Notes: generated by a model from the sequence alone, not told the origin. Numbered from the stretch's first letter, positions 23,401 to 33,919 are shown. The stretch: DNA of 64,000 nt from Callorhinchus milii (GCF_018977255.1 NW_024704747.1:18166001-18230000); one strand, 5' to 3'. Numbers and translations are program-made.

Positions 23401-26400
23401 CTCGTCGCTAAAAGTAAACTCACTTACCTGAAAAAAAACTTCCATCTGGCCCACTGAGCCTCCCAGTATTGTCCAAATCACTAGCATCTAACTGACTATT
23501 CTCAAAACAGTTTCTAAAAGGCCATTCCAAATTAATTCAGAGGATTTCAAGCTCCAACATAAATTTGCAATGAACATTAAAGTCTTCACTGCAGAGTGTG
23601 GATGACAGTATCACTTTCTTAAAGAAAATGCTTAGAAATAACAGAATGGCACACTTTCACACGAAGTGGTATTGCTTATTTTTTGCCACTGATATTGTGC
23701 AATAGATAATGTCCTTTTAAATAAAGTCAAACAACCTGCCCATGTGAATGGTGGAGCGAAGCAGTAATGATAGGTTTGAGTAAACGACTGGAAGGGGAGA
23801 CCTTAAGCTTTGTAAACTCAGTAGTTTGTATTATCTTTAATGATCTTTAATTCTGAAAATATTTAAATAGAAATACTATTGCAGGGTAAATGTGTTACCC
23901 ATTCATAAAAACTGAAATACTGCATTTGAGTAATGAAAAATGTTTCTTAAATGTTTCTGGTCTATTTAAAATAATTATCTTCTTGTGGCATGTTTTGAGA
24001 TGCCTTGTGCAATTTTTTTTGTGCAGTCCACAATTCATAAATTTTAGTTAAAAAGTACTAACCTACAAATAAATTACCCAGTTTGTTTTTCACAGCTATG
24101 CTCCGAAATTATTTCACAACAGTAGACCAATTTAACATTTATGGTAATCTTCAATATGATTTAAGATTTAAATTAGCAATTAAAAATGAGATGTCGGGCT
24201 TCTCAAAACTACTACAATCATACTAAATGTAGTAGATTGGAAATTATTACATGAAGAACAGAACATGCTAAATAGAATATTGGTAGAAACTATTTTAAAA
24301 CATTCATTGTATTAGTCATCTGATAAATGAATCGCATTCAGTTTATTAAAATTACTCTCAGAAACTGCTCTGTGTGTATGTGTGTGTGTGTGCATGAAAA
24401 GAAGCTTAATTTGGTAGTCTAGAAAACCTCCGTATTCGATTTGGAATGGCCAAAATATATTTTTTACAATGTATTGCAATTAATTATGTATGTACATCAA
24501 AGCCTTCCACATGATTGATCAATTTTTAGTTTTTTTTTATTATAAACGTAGAGCTTTCCCCCCTGCCAAAAGCTGCTTGGCAATCACTAATCCCTGGTGA
24601 GTAACCCTTTCAGTCTGTCTATGCATAAATAGGATTAGCAATTTTGTTATACAGCCAAAGGTCTCATTTAAAAGATACTTTTTCCTCCTTACCAATTTGA
24701 CGTAGAAGGCAATGGAGCACATTCATTCCCATTTTTAAACATATAACCTTTTAACTGTACTATAAAAATAAAATAGTTTCAACAGCTTGCTGCATAGTTA
24801 AGACAGATGAAACTGACTACAAAAGTTGCATATTTATAACAACTAATATGCAACATATGAAGTCTCCTGCAAATTTCATTTTAACAAGTTTTTTTAAAAT
24901 TAACCAGTGCAAGCTGTGAAATGAACACCGTAAACAAGCTCAAGGTCTTTTTATATGTCACCCCATAAGAGAGGAAAACATGATTTGAAAAAATTACCAT
25001 CTGCAAAGGGATCATGACGCTCAGGAGAAATAATCATCTGCCTCCTACGTGCTTTGTACTCATCTTCTCGTTCCGCAATTCGTTGCGGACGGTGTTCCGC
25101 AAATGGATCATACTGTAATCAAACAATAACAAAATTACATTTGTATAGTGCCTTCCACGTCGGGAGCGACGGACTATTAACAACAAAATTATATTTATAG
25201 AGCGCCTTTCACGTCGGGAGGATGTCCCAAGGCGCTGGACAGTCAGGGGTCAGGACCCGAGTATTGGGGAGGGGTGGGGTAGAGGTGAGGGAAGGCAGAG
25301 AGGTGGGCGGGCGACCGAAGGCACGATCAAAGAGGAGTGTCTTGAGACCGGCCTTGAAGAATGCAAGGGAGGAAGTGAGGCGAAGGGACCGTGGGATAGA
25401 GTTCCAGAGTGTGGGGGCAGAGAGGCTGAAAGCTCGGCTACTGATGATAGGGCGGGAGACACGGAGCAGGCCGGAGCCCGATGAACGGAGAGATCGGGCA
25501 GGATGGTAGGGAGTCAGCAGGTCAGAGAGGGCAGGGCCATGGAGGGCCTTGAAAGTGAGAACGAGGATCTTGAATTCGATCCTCTGAGGGGTGGGGAGCC
25601 AATGGAGTCGGGCAAGGGTGGGGAGTGATGGGGTCACAGAGCCTGGTGCGCGAGAGTATACGAGCTGCAGAGTTTTGGATGATCTGCAACTTGCAAAGGA
25701 AAAAGTTGGGAAGGCCGATGAGGAGGGAATTTCCATAATCAAGCCTTGATGTGACGAATGCGCGGGTGAGGGGTTCGGCAGCCTGAGTGGTGAGTCCGGC
25801 AATGTTGCAGAGGTGGTGGTAGACAGTGCGAGTCATGGCGCGGAGGTGGGATAGAAAGTTCAGCTCAGGGTCAAACAAGACACCCAGGTTCCTGAATGGC
25901 TTAGTGTTGAGTGTGCAGCCGTGGAGGCTGATGCTGCCAGTGCCTGAGGTGCGGAGGCGCTGGAGCGAGCCAATCAGGAGGACCTCGGTCTTGTTGAAGT
26001 TCAGCTGGAGAAAGTTGTCCCTCGTTCAGGACTTGATGTCAGACAGGCAATCGGTCAGTAGGCCAGTGGTCCTGGAGTTGAGGGTGGAGGCAGAGAAATA
26101 GACTTGGGTGTCATCCGCATACATGTGGAAATTTACTCCAGGTCTGCGGATGATGTCACCAAGGGGGGGCATGTAGAGGGTGAAGAGGAGGGACCGAGGA
26201 CAGAACCCCGAGGAACGCCGCACAAGATGGTGCGGGGGCTGGAGGAGAAGCTGTTAGCTAAGGCGAAGTGGAGGCGGTGTGAAAGATAGGACCTGAACCA
26301 GTCAAGATCAGAACCTTGGAGGTTGAGGTGGGAGGAGAGGCGGTGGAGGAGGATTGAATGATCCACAGTGTCGAAAGCCCCGGAGTGGTCGAGGAGGACG

Positions 26401-29400
26401 ATGGAGTCGGATTAAATCAAATAACTACATTTAAAAATTGCTTTGCAAAATTATTCCGTTAATCTTTTTTGAAACTGTACCTTCTCTATTTTAACCGTCC
26501 TTTAAAGCTATAAAAATAGTTTTCACAAAATGTTCTGATCCAGTTTTACCCCAAACCACATTGTTAAAGAACGATAGATTTATATTAACAGTTCTAAGGA
26601 TTTGGAAAGTCTAGGCTTAATAACACTTATATTGAACCCTGCTGAATGTATCTTTACAGTTTAGAAAGGTCAGACATTTTAGGGTTCTGATAGGAGTATC
26701 TATTAACTTTGCTGATAAATTAGGAGAAGCATTTTCGTAAGAAACAATAAACATCCAGTAAGCTAATGTCCAACAAAAACAGAACCATACCTGTTCATTT
26801 GACTGTGGTATATCATTCAGCAGCGCTACTGGTGCATGGTATCCAGGCTTCTTCTGCCCAAGCAAACTCGGGGAAGAATAGTCATCATCATCCTAGGAAA
26901 GTAAAAGGAAATGATCACAATTTAAGTTCACCTACGAAATATAGTCACTACACTTTTAGCAAACTCACTGCATTGTTTTAAGACATCTAGATCCACTTAA
27001 CTGCACATTGGATAATTACAGTAAACCTGTGGCTTACCGGATGGACTCCGGGTAACTAGAATTTGGATCCAGCCAGACTGGGACAGTGATTTTTTTTAAA
27101 AAAAATCCACAACTTACGCATAGCTTCCTGCCGGTTCACTCTCCTACCTCGTACCCCTGCCTCACCATGCTTGCTAGTCTTCAGTGGGCAGGGATATCAA
27201 CTTGGACTCAGTTCGAATCCTGCAAGCAGAAGATAGCTTATTCACTATCCTCCGTTTGCAGGATTCAAACAATTACAATGCTGATTCTGGTATTTGTTGG
27301 CACTAAAAAGAAGCTAGTAAATGCTGGTACCAGCATTGTAATTGCATTTCGCCAGAATTTCCAGCTAGTCGGAGTGGTTCAGTGTACTTTAGTAGTCCTG
27401 AAGTAATAAAGTATGTTCTGTTGATTTATATTGCTTTATGCTTTACGTAGTCCTGAAATAATAAATATATACTGTTTGTTTGTTATATAGTTATGAACTA
27501 ATGTCAGTAGAATTTGGGGTAATTGTATACTCCATATAATTGCATTCTCTCCCGATTCTATGAATTATATAGAATGCACTTAAATGAAATACAAGGATTA
27601 TTATTTATAAAACACTCCCTTTCTGGTTTTGAAACTATTTTCACTAGTTCAACCTCTTAAGGCAAAGCTTCTGTATGACAGAATTTGTTTGTATGAGCAT
27701 CTTTTTTCAAATTAGATGTTAAGCACAATTGGCTATCATTCCTTCAGCATCCTAATTCCATCCAAGAGCTGTCTAAACATCAGGAAAGTTCATCAATAAG
27801 ATCCCAAATATTAAATTACAGTAGATTTGATGAAGATAAGCTACAAATAAAATGTAGTGGTTAATAGCAAATTTAAAATATTTGTTCACAACACTAACAA
27901 GCTACTAGAGATGTTGTACATTGACAAGTTCTGGTCAGGTGACTGTAGTCTAGCATTATATCAACACGGCTGTTGTGCAAGCTAACCACACTCCGTACAT
28001 TACCGCCAATGCAACCCAGCTAAGAATCCACATGTGTATGATCTTTTTTGATTCTGTGATGCAATAAATTATTGTATTACATCACCAGAATTATTTTCAT
28101 GCCAAAGGTTCAGGATAACAATTAAGTTAACACTTCTTCTCTACCTGTATCTAATTTTGCACAGGAAAGATTTCACAAATACTGTATCTGTAGAAACAAA
28201 AGATATTATTTAACAATAATGATCATATAGTTGCTTGAAATGATATTTACCTCTTCCTGCTCATTTGCAGGGATGGATGTCATATATCCTGCAAATCTGC
28301 TGTCACTTCCGCCATAGATCTCCTGATCATAGTAACCAGTTGAATCAAGACCAACTCCATCTGAATCACCCTCGACAACAAGTGCCGCTTTCTTGTTCTG
28401 AATTTCTCGAATTTGTGCCTCAATATCTTGTGAAGGAAAGAAAACAATCATACATAAATACAGACTTTTCATAAATACCTACAACTAAGTGGACAGCTCT
28501 GGCTATTTTTCTAGAAGAGCTTGATCAACATATACAGATTTTCTCAGTAATAGTGTATAAGCAAACTTAGCATTCAAGCAGGGCATGGCACAGAAGGAGG
28601 CTGGCTCATTGTATCTGTGATGACTCTTTGAAAAGCAATCTATTCGGTCCAAAGATAATGTTTGGAAATTAAAAATTAGAGGGGAAAGGGTAATATTAGA
28701 GAAGGGATTAGGGGTGAGGTGGAGGTTCATGGGAGTATCAACACCAAGACAGACTAGTTGAGCCGAATAGCCTGTTTCTGCTCTGTGTTCTGCTATTCCA
28801 TGTACATGAAACAAATGTAAAGAAAGCATTTGTTAAAGCTAGGTTTTTCCTCAAACTTCAATTAACAATGAAAATAATGATCGCAAGAGCAGTGACGATA
28901 ATGTAACAAGGAGCCAATATTGACTTTCTACGAATCACTAGATGATTTTATATGGGGTTTCAAACCTGAGTTATAGATTTTTTGCAATGATTTTATAAAT
29001 CATTAAGCTTCAGAGGTCATCTGATAATGTTTTTGCCTTAAATAATCCGTGCAGACACGTTTGTGATATTTGTGAAATAATGATTCTATAAATGATTCTT
29101 CAATTAACTGTGAATTGCCACATTTTGCTCGTCTACTTGAATTATAATCATCATTTTTGAAGATGTTCTTTAATAAAAATTATCATCCGTGATAAAAATT
29201 GTTTGCACTGTACAAACACTACAGTATCCTTCAAGAGAGCAGTGGATTGCAGACATAACATCTGACATCATCCAGGCAGCAGCACGTTGGTGACAAATGC
29301 AAGCAGGGAACTTGCTGTACTTCAGACTACGAGACACCAAACTTAAGGGGGTAAGAATAGTATATTTTTTTCAATAATCTTCAATCATATCAACCTTGGA

Positions 29401-30458
29401 GAATTTCAAATCATGATTCCAAGCACTCAGTGTGTATATCTTTGACCAAAGCGCCAAAATTAAAATATATTTGTAAAGTGTACATTTGTAACACGATGAA
29501 AGTAATCCAGCAGTTCAACTTTCAGAAACGATGCTTATTATCAAATGTAAGTCATTTTCCAAGATCAATAAAGGCATTCCCAAAGACAATTTGCTGAGTT
29601 TATTGTAATTATGGCTTGGAATTGTTTATAAAGAAATTAGCAATAGGAAACAAAATTGAATTGTAAAATTTTCCGGGCAAAACACATAATATTTTTTTAC
29701 AAACCCGTGCAGAAATTTAATTGATAAAACATGCAAACGCCAATATTACGTTTTTGTAACCAGGTATGAGTGGTGGTGATACTGTTTAAGGAAATCGTCC
29801 ACCTTGGTAAATGACTACACTTTTGAAAGAAAAAAAATTCTGAAGCACTTTGAGGCACGTTGACGCGATAAGGGCTCCATATCAAACGGAAAGATTACAA
29901 TATAATGTCACAGATGAATTGCTGCAACGGTGCAGAAAAAGAGGGAGAGAGAGCGAGAGGAAGTAAATCTGCCAACAGCAGCTCGACGGTGGTGAGAGGC
30001 GTCCAGTGGCTTTTGCTGTTGACAAGGCCACAAAACCAACTGCGCATCACCCAACGGGGAACAAACTCGGCCATAAGTCGCGCTCGGGGTGTGGGGGAAA
30101 TCTCTTCCGTACGAGGTTCTCCGGGAGACAGCAGTGGGAGGAGGAGGAGGGGGTTGAGAGCGAGGAGGCTGGTGGGAGGGGGGACGCCTCGCGGCCCGGG
30201 GCGCTGTACACCCTCTCTCTCTCTCACTCACTGACTCGGACGCCATTTCCCGTCTCGCCGCGGTGGCGGCGGCGAGCGCGGGACTCCCTCGGTTCCGCCT
30301 CCCCACCCCCGCGCAGCTTCGCGACAGCGAAGCGGACACGCTGGGAGTTTGGGTTCTGCAGACCCGCGCGCACATTTGTTTTTATATTCAAAAAAAACAC
30401 ACACAAAAGCCATTTTTTCTCCTCCGTTACCTTCGTGGGTCTTCGCGATCTTCGCCAT
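8258..30458 (-). CDS. SF3B1: Splicing factor 3B subunit 1, complete 25-exon gene, 3990 nt CDS, 1329 aa
   Basis: Starts MAKIAKTHE, has RWDETP ULM motifs and HEAT repeats, ends RYELDYIL*. Exons are listed separately; summed length 3990 nt is in frame and phases agree at every junction. Confidence 0.99.
9235..9451 (-). CDS. SF3B1: SF3B1 exon 24
   Basis: [32 protein letters not shown], 217 nt. Confidence 0.97.
9935..10207 (-). CDS. SF3B1: SF3B1 exon 23
   Basis: [28 protein letters not shown], 273 nt, poly-C acceptor tract. Confidence 0.97.
10446..10655 (-). mobile_element. Palindromic non-autonomous Penelope-like element with hammerhead-like core
   Basis: Long inverted arms; about 12-bp TSD attat(c/t)cagttt; CTGACGA..GAAACGTT on the minus strand. 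Confidence 0.7.
10822..10953 (-). CDS. SF3B1: SF3B1 exon 22
   Basis: [37 protein letters not shown], 132 nt. Confidence 0.97.
11318..11438 (-). CDS. SF3B1: SF3B1 exon 21
   Basis: [41 protein letters not shown], 121 nt. Confidence 0.97.
11561..11672 (-). CDS. SF3B1: SF3B1 exon 20
   Basis: [37 protein letters not shown], 112 nt. Confidence 0.97.
11737..12051 (-). mobile_element. Full-length tRNA-derived SINE with L2-type tail
   Basis: Head GTCCTGTAGCTCAGTGGTTAGAGCACTCGC..GGTTCAATT (A and B boxes), central TTTGTGGGACACTGCTGTGCGCAATTGGCTGCCG, tail ..TATATCAAAATGCA..(ATT)n; TSD CCACA. Confidence 0.9.
12113..12295 (-). CDS. SF3B1: SF3B1 exon 19
   Basis: [24 protein letters not shown], 183 nt. 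Confidence 0.97.
12426..12647 (-). CDS. SF3B1: SF3B1 exon 18
   Basis: [25 protein letters not shown], 222 nt. Confidence 0.97.
13044..13169 (-). CDS. SF3B1: SF3B1 exon 17
   Basis: [23 protein letters not shown], 126 nt. Confidence 0.97.
13945..14091 (-). CDS. SF3B1: SF3B1 exon 16 (followed by GC donor)
   Basis: [24 protein letters not shown]|gcaagt, 147 nt. Confidence 0.95.
14580..14725 (-). CDS. SF3B1: SF3B1 exon 15
   Basis: [22 protein letters not shown], 146 nt. Confidence 0.97.
14840..15480 (+). mobile_element. 5'-truncated L2 LINE in SF3B1 intron 14
   Basis: Same ORF2 C-terminus and GGGACGTCCTCCCGACG tail. Confidence 0.85.
15600..15870 (-). CDS. SF3B1: SF3B1 exon 14
   Basis: [31 protein letters not shown], 271 nt. 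Confidence 0.97.
15964..16050 (-). CDS. SF3B1: SF3B1 exon 13
   Basis: [29 protein letters not shown], 87 nt. Confidence 0.97.
16739..16918 (-). CDS. SF3B1: SF3B1 exon 12
   Basis: [24 protein letters not shown], 180 nt. Confidence 0.97.
17055..17156 (-). CDS. SF3B1: SF3B1 exon 11 (followed by GC donor)
   Basis: [34 protein letters not shown]|gcaagt, 102 nt. Confidence 0.95.
17803..18000 (-). CDS. SF3B1: SF3B1 exon 10
   Basis: [25 protein letters not shown], 198 nt. Confidence 0.97.
18317..18438 (-). CDS. SF3B1: SF3B1 exon 9
   Basis: [30 protein letters not shown], 122 nt. Confidence 0.97.
18624..18839 (-). CDS. SF3B1: SF3B1 exon 8
   Basis: [29 protein letters not shown], 216 nt. Confidence 0.96.
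19378..19687 (-). CDS. SF3B1: SF3B1 exon 7 (TPGH-expanded)
   Basis: (TPGH)6 [27 protein letters not shown], cag/gtaag, 310 nt. Confidence 0.96.
20600..20910 (+). mobile_element. Old Deu-domain SINE fragment
   Basis: taggctgacacttcaatgcagtgctgc..tttggatgagacattaaaccaagg..gctgtttgtgagactttgctgtg. Confidence 0.65.
21485..21660 (+). mobile_element. Degenerate LF-SINE-like fragment
   Basis: cactgaaccatgcagatcagg..gccgagttatctcatttcagctggggtggc..attggcttc resembles the LF-SINE-type core (from memory). Confidence 0.45.
22054..22218 (-). CDS. SF3B1: SF3B1 exon 6
   Basis: [26 protein letters not shown], 165 nt. Confidence 0.96.
22330..22409 (-). CDS. SF3B1: SF3B1 exon 5
   Basis: [26 protein letters not shown], 80 nt. 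Confidence 0.96.
22773..22827 (-). other. SF3B1: SF3B1 intron-4 poison/decoy cassette exon (55 nt, in-frame PTC)
   Basis: ttttctag|GCTTCTGTTCTGCTGCTTGAAGTCAGAACTGCTGATGG..CAGT|gtacgt. After exon 4 it reads G-F-C-S-A-A-stop, matching my recollection of the human short isoform end GFYSAA*. Confidence 0.8.
24998..25112 (-). CDS. SF3B1: SF3B1 exon 4
   Basis: [38 protein letters not shown], 115 nt. Confidence 0.96.
25120..26410 (-). mobile_element. L2 LINE fragment (1.3 kb, includes RT YADD) in SF3B1 intron 3
   Basis: [40 protein letters not shown] with frameshifts; duplicated 3' tail abutting exon 4. Confidence 0.92.
26791..26892 (-). CDS. SF3B1: SF3B1 exon 3
   Basis: [34 protein letters not shown], tag/gtatg. 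Confidence 0.96.
28251..28426 (-). CDS. SF3B1: SF3B1 exon 2
   Basis: aag|..[19 protein letters not shown]|gtaaat, 176 nt. Confidence 0.95.
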
Positions 30459-30560
30459 TTTGTCCAAAGATCAAGAACGGAAACGAGGTGATGACGTATT
30501 TCCGCTGCCTGTTTTTTTAAAAAGAGCGCTCAACACGCGCATGCGTCAGTCTGCTCCAGT
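29900..30560 (-). promoter_or_regulatory. SF3B1 CpG-island promoter / first exon
   Basis: CpG-dense segment around the ATG; ATGACGT plus ETS-like TTCCG near 30491-30504; NRF1-like CGCGCATGCG at 30536-30545. Confidence 0.75.
30431..30458 (-). CDS. SF3B1: SF3B1 exon 1 (coding part)
   Basis: ATG GCG AAG ATC GCG AAG ACC CAC GAA G|gtaac, 28 nt. Confidence 0.97.
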
Positions 30561-30619
30561 GCCTGTGGTCCTCCTTGTGATGGGGGGGGGGGGTGTTAGT
30601 GCATATTTTCAAAAACAGC

Positions 30620-30780
30620 GAATAGCAATAATAATATAATAATAAGTATAGAGCGCCTTTTCACGTCTTCGAGACATCTCACAATGCTTCCCGGGGTATA
30701 CCGTGAAGTGAATTGACTGCGTGTTTTGCGGGCGAAACGCGGCAGCCAATTGCGCCTGCAAGTTGGTTTGAGTTGCCTGC
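30620..30780 (-). mobile_element. SINE 3' fragment just upstream of the SF3B1 promoter
   Basis: aattggctgccgcgtttcgccc..gagatgtctcgaagacgtgaaaaggcgctctata. Confidence 0.65.
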
Positions 30781-30806
30781 AGTTTTCGCCCCACGCTTCA
30801 CTCATC

Positions 30807-31890
30807 GTGTGTGGCCAGTCTTTCGGACGTCCCAAGGCACTGAACAGTGTACAGCATTTCAGACCCGAGCTGGGGCCAGGGGGGAGAAAGGGGGGTAGGG
30901 GAAGGGGGGGGCTGACCAAATGGCATGGTCGAAAAGGAGGGTTTTGAGGCGGGACTTGAAGGAGGCTAAGGAAGGGTCAAGGCGGAGTGATTGGGGGATG
31001 GAGTTCCAGAGGTTGGGGGCAGAGTGGCTGAAGGCTCTCCCACCAATGGGAGTCCTGTAGCTCAGTGGTTAGAGCACTCGCTTTGCAAGTGAGAGACCGG
31101 AGTTCAATTCCAGCCAGAGGACGAAACCTTGGGCAAGTTTCCTTACTCCACACGTCTAATAATAATCCCTCCAAAACCAAAAACAATAATAAATTGGTCA
31201 TTTTCAATCTACGACTGTTTGTGGGACATTGCTGTGCGCAATTGGCTGCCGTGGTCGCCCACAAATATAGTCAATTCACTTTACAGTGTGTTCTGTGAAG
31301 CGCTTTGGGACGTCCTCCCGACGTGAAAAGTGCTATATGCAAGGATTATTATTATTATTAATGGTGGGGGACGTGGAGCAGGCCGGAGCTGGCTGAGCGG
31401 AGGGAACGGGCGGGTTGGTAGGGGGTTAGGAGGTTACAGAGATAGGGTGGGGCGAGACCATTGAGGGCTTTATCGGTGAGGACCAGGATTTTGAACTGGA
31501 TCCTCTGAAGGTGGGGAGCCAATGGAGTCGGGCGAGAATGGCGGAGATGGGGGTCACAGAGTTTGGTGCGGGAGAGGACATGGGCTGCAGAGTTCTGGAT
31601 TATCTGCAGCTTGTGGAGGGAGGAGTTGGGAAGGCCGACAAGCAGAATGTTTGCATAGTCGAGCCTGGAGGTGATTAAGGCATGAACAAGAGTTTCAGCG
31701 GCCTGAGGGTTGCGGTAGTGGCAGAGTCGGGCAATGTTACGGAGGTGAGGGAAGGCAGAGCGGGTCATGGCTTGGATGTGGGAAAAAAAGACAGTTGAGG
31801 GTTGAACAAGACACCTAGGTTATTGACTGGCTTGGTGAGTTGAAGTGTGCAACCATGAAGGTTGATACTGCCAGAGCCTGAGGTGCAGTG
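30807..31890 (-). mobile_element. L2 LINE fragment interrupted by a SINE
   Basis: HLRNIARL..LITSRLDYANILL..IQFKILVL on both sides of the 31051-31359 insertion. Confidence 0.85.
31051..31359 (+). mobile_element. Young full-length tRNA-derived SINE nested in L2
   Basis: AGTCCTGTAGCTCAGTGGTTAGAGCAC head, GGGACGTCCTCCCGACGTGAAAAG tail, (ATT)n, probable TSD AATGG. Confidence 0.9.
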
Positions 31891-32169
31891 TTCACTGCTT
31901 GAAATGCAAAGGAATCTCAGTTATACACCTGAATGTCAGTCATAGCTGCGGGCTCAACCTTCCAAACCAGAGGTGAGAGCGCTACCAATCAAACCAAGTT
32001 GAGGCCAGACAACATAGATAGGAATGATATTTCTTGGTCAATTATCCAGTACAGGCTTAATCTTCACTATTCCTTTGATTATTAAAAAACTCATAAACTC
32101 CATCTTTAAAAAAGTTTAATCCAAATATTGTTCAGTAATAGAATTCAAATGGTTATATAAAACACTTGA

Positions 32170-32440
32170 TGTACAACAACAACATCTTGCATTTATATAG
32201 TGCCCGTCACCATGGACAGCGTCTCGGATTGCTTGACTCCGAGTCGGGTGGTGGGGGAGGTGAGCGTATGCACGGTCAAAAAGGAAAGTTTTCGGGCGGG
32301 ACTTCAAAAAGGAGAGAGGGCAAGGTGGAGGGATTGAGGGAAAGTGTTCCAGTTTCCAGGCATAATGGCTGAAAGCGTGACCTCCAATGGTGGAACAGAG
32401 GGTTTCAAGGGACAAGCAGGAGGCTGGTGCCAGTCGAGGA
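32170..32440 (-). mobile_element. L2 3' fragment (second subfamily)
   Basis: TIGGHAFSHYA..KTFLFDRAYAH, tail ..gggcactatataaatgcaagatgttgttg. Confidence 0.75.
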
Positions 32441-32589
32441 GAGGCGCTGGTTGGTGAGTATTATTCAAATAGTATTATGGAATCTTTAATATCTATCTCA
32501 ACAGCTAGATCTGAATCTGAAACGTGGAAGGTTCACCTGTGCAGCAACAATTCAAGGATTATTACTATTTTTATAATTATTATCCATTA

Positions 32590-33050
32590 TCCAAGGCAGA
32601 TACTAACCTGCACAAAATTGCAGGCCCTCATCACACCAGTCCTTGCAGGCTGCACTGGTTCCCAATTACCAAACGGATCGACATCAAGATCCTCTCACTA
32701 GTTTTCAAATCCCTTCATGCCCTCGCACTTCCCTACCTATCTGATTTGCTTACCCCACCCCATCCGCTGCTTCCGCTCGGCTGGCTCCAGCCTCCTGTTC
32801 GTCCCTCACCCCCTCCGCTCCGCCATCGGCGGCCGTGCTTTCAGCCACTACTCCCCGAAGCTCCAGAACTCCCTCCCACCCCACTTTCGAATCCCTTCTT
32901 TTTTGACCGTGCTTACGCTCACCTCCACCCCCCCCCTGCTCTCTCTCCCCCCCCCGCCCCGCCCCGGCTCGGGGTCAGACTCCACCACTGTCGAGCGCTC
33001 CAGGACGCCACTCCACGTGAAGGGCGCTACGTAAACGCAAGTTGTTGCAG
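32590..33050 (+). mobile_element. L2 3' fragment (second subfamily)
   Basis: LHWFPITKRIDIKILSLVFKSLH..FFDRAYAH, tail gtgaagggcgctacgtaaacgcaagttgttg. Confidence 0.8.
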
Positions 33051-33559
33051 GGGCATTATTTTTTTAAACCATTATCAAACTTGTGAGTTAAAACTTGTCA
33101 GGTCAATCAAATGCAATAATGGGAAATGAGATTTGCAATACACGTGTCAAAAAAAAAAAATTCTCTTTTTTTGTGTGGGGGGGGGGGGGGGATGGCGGTT
33201 AGAACTGACCTGAGTGACATTTGCATTCCAACTCAATGATTTTTATAAATTGTTTGCGAGTATATAAAAAAGGGAATAAGTCTGGGGGGGTGGGAAAAAA
33301 ATGTTGCGCCGTGTGTGCAAAAAGGGGTGAGGGAGGATGGGGTGTGTGTGTGAGAGAGAGAGAGAGCGCGGGCTCGTGACTGACGGTTGGGCGGGTCAGA
33401 AGGCCTCAGTGACACTTGTGAATTATTTAATCCCCTTAATTCGTGGGACAAATTTAAACCACTCCGTGTGGGTTTCTTTCTCTCTTTCTCTTTCTGTCTG
33501 ACCGTCTCTCTCTCTCTCTCTGTAGGAGTTGTTCCCATATAAGTCAGTGCTGGCTGGAG

Positions 33560-33919
33560 CTGCCCTCCCTCCCCCCCGCCGCTGGCACCGCCGCCGCCGC
33601 AACTCGTGACACCAACCTTTACATAACCTGGGCGAGGGAACAGTGTGACGTCAAGGGGAGACTGACGTGCTGCGGTTGCCTGGGGTAACGGTGCTGGAAG
33701 GAGGACCTCCTCTCCCTCCCCACCCTCACTGCCGTCACGTGGACGGCGCCGGCCAATCAGAAGGCGGGGAGCGTGGCGGAAGAGCCAGCAGGTTAGGTTG
33801 AGCGCGCAGACTGAGGAGCGCGGGGGGGGGGCGGGGGGTGGAGGGAAGAAGCCGCAGTGAAGTTTGTGCGATCGTCGCTTTTGACGTCAGGGCGGATCGG
33901 CCTCGGCGAAAAGGGCGAA
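33560..33919 (+). promoter_or_regulatory. COQ10B CpG-island promoter
   Basis: Full CREs TGACGTCA at 33646 and 33882, X-box-like GTTGCCTGGGGTAAC at 33675, E-box CACGTG near 33736, CCAAT box GGCCAATCAG at 33751. Confidence 0.75.

Noticed and set aside
27038-27077. 40-nt pseudo-exon in SF3B1 intron 2 (cag|..CCG|gtaagc)
   Set aside because: The acceptor is preceded by an A-run rather than a pyrimidine tract, and the segment may be a TE remnant; too weak to call
29895-30947. Many overlapping ORFs; also at 33838-34538 and 54718-57339
   Set aside because: Stop-poor CpG-island sequence with low-complexity translations and no recognisable domains
31051-31125. tRNA-Ala-like sequence (also at about 11980-12051 and 63375-63448)
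   Set aside because: These are SINE heads followed by SINE body and L2 tail; there is no proper acceptor stem or terminator, so they are not tRNA genes
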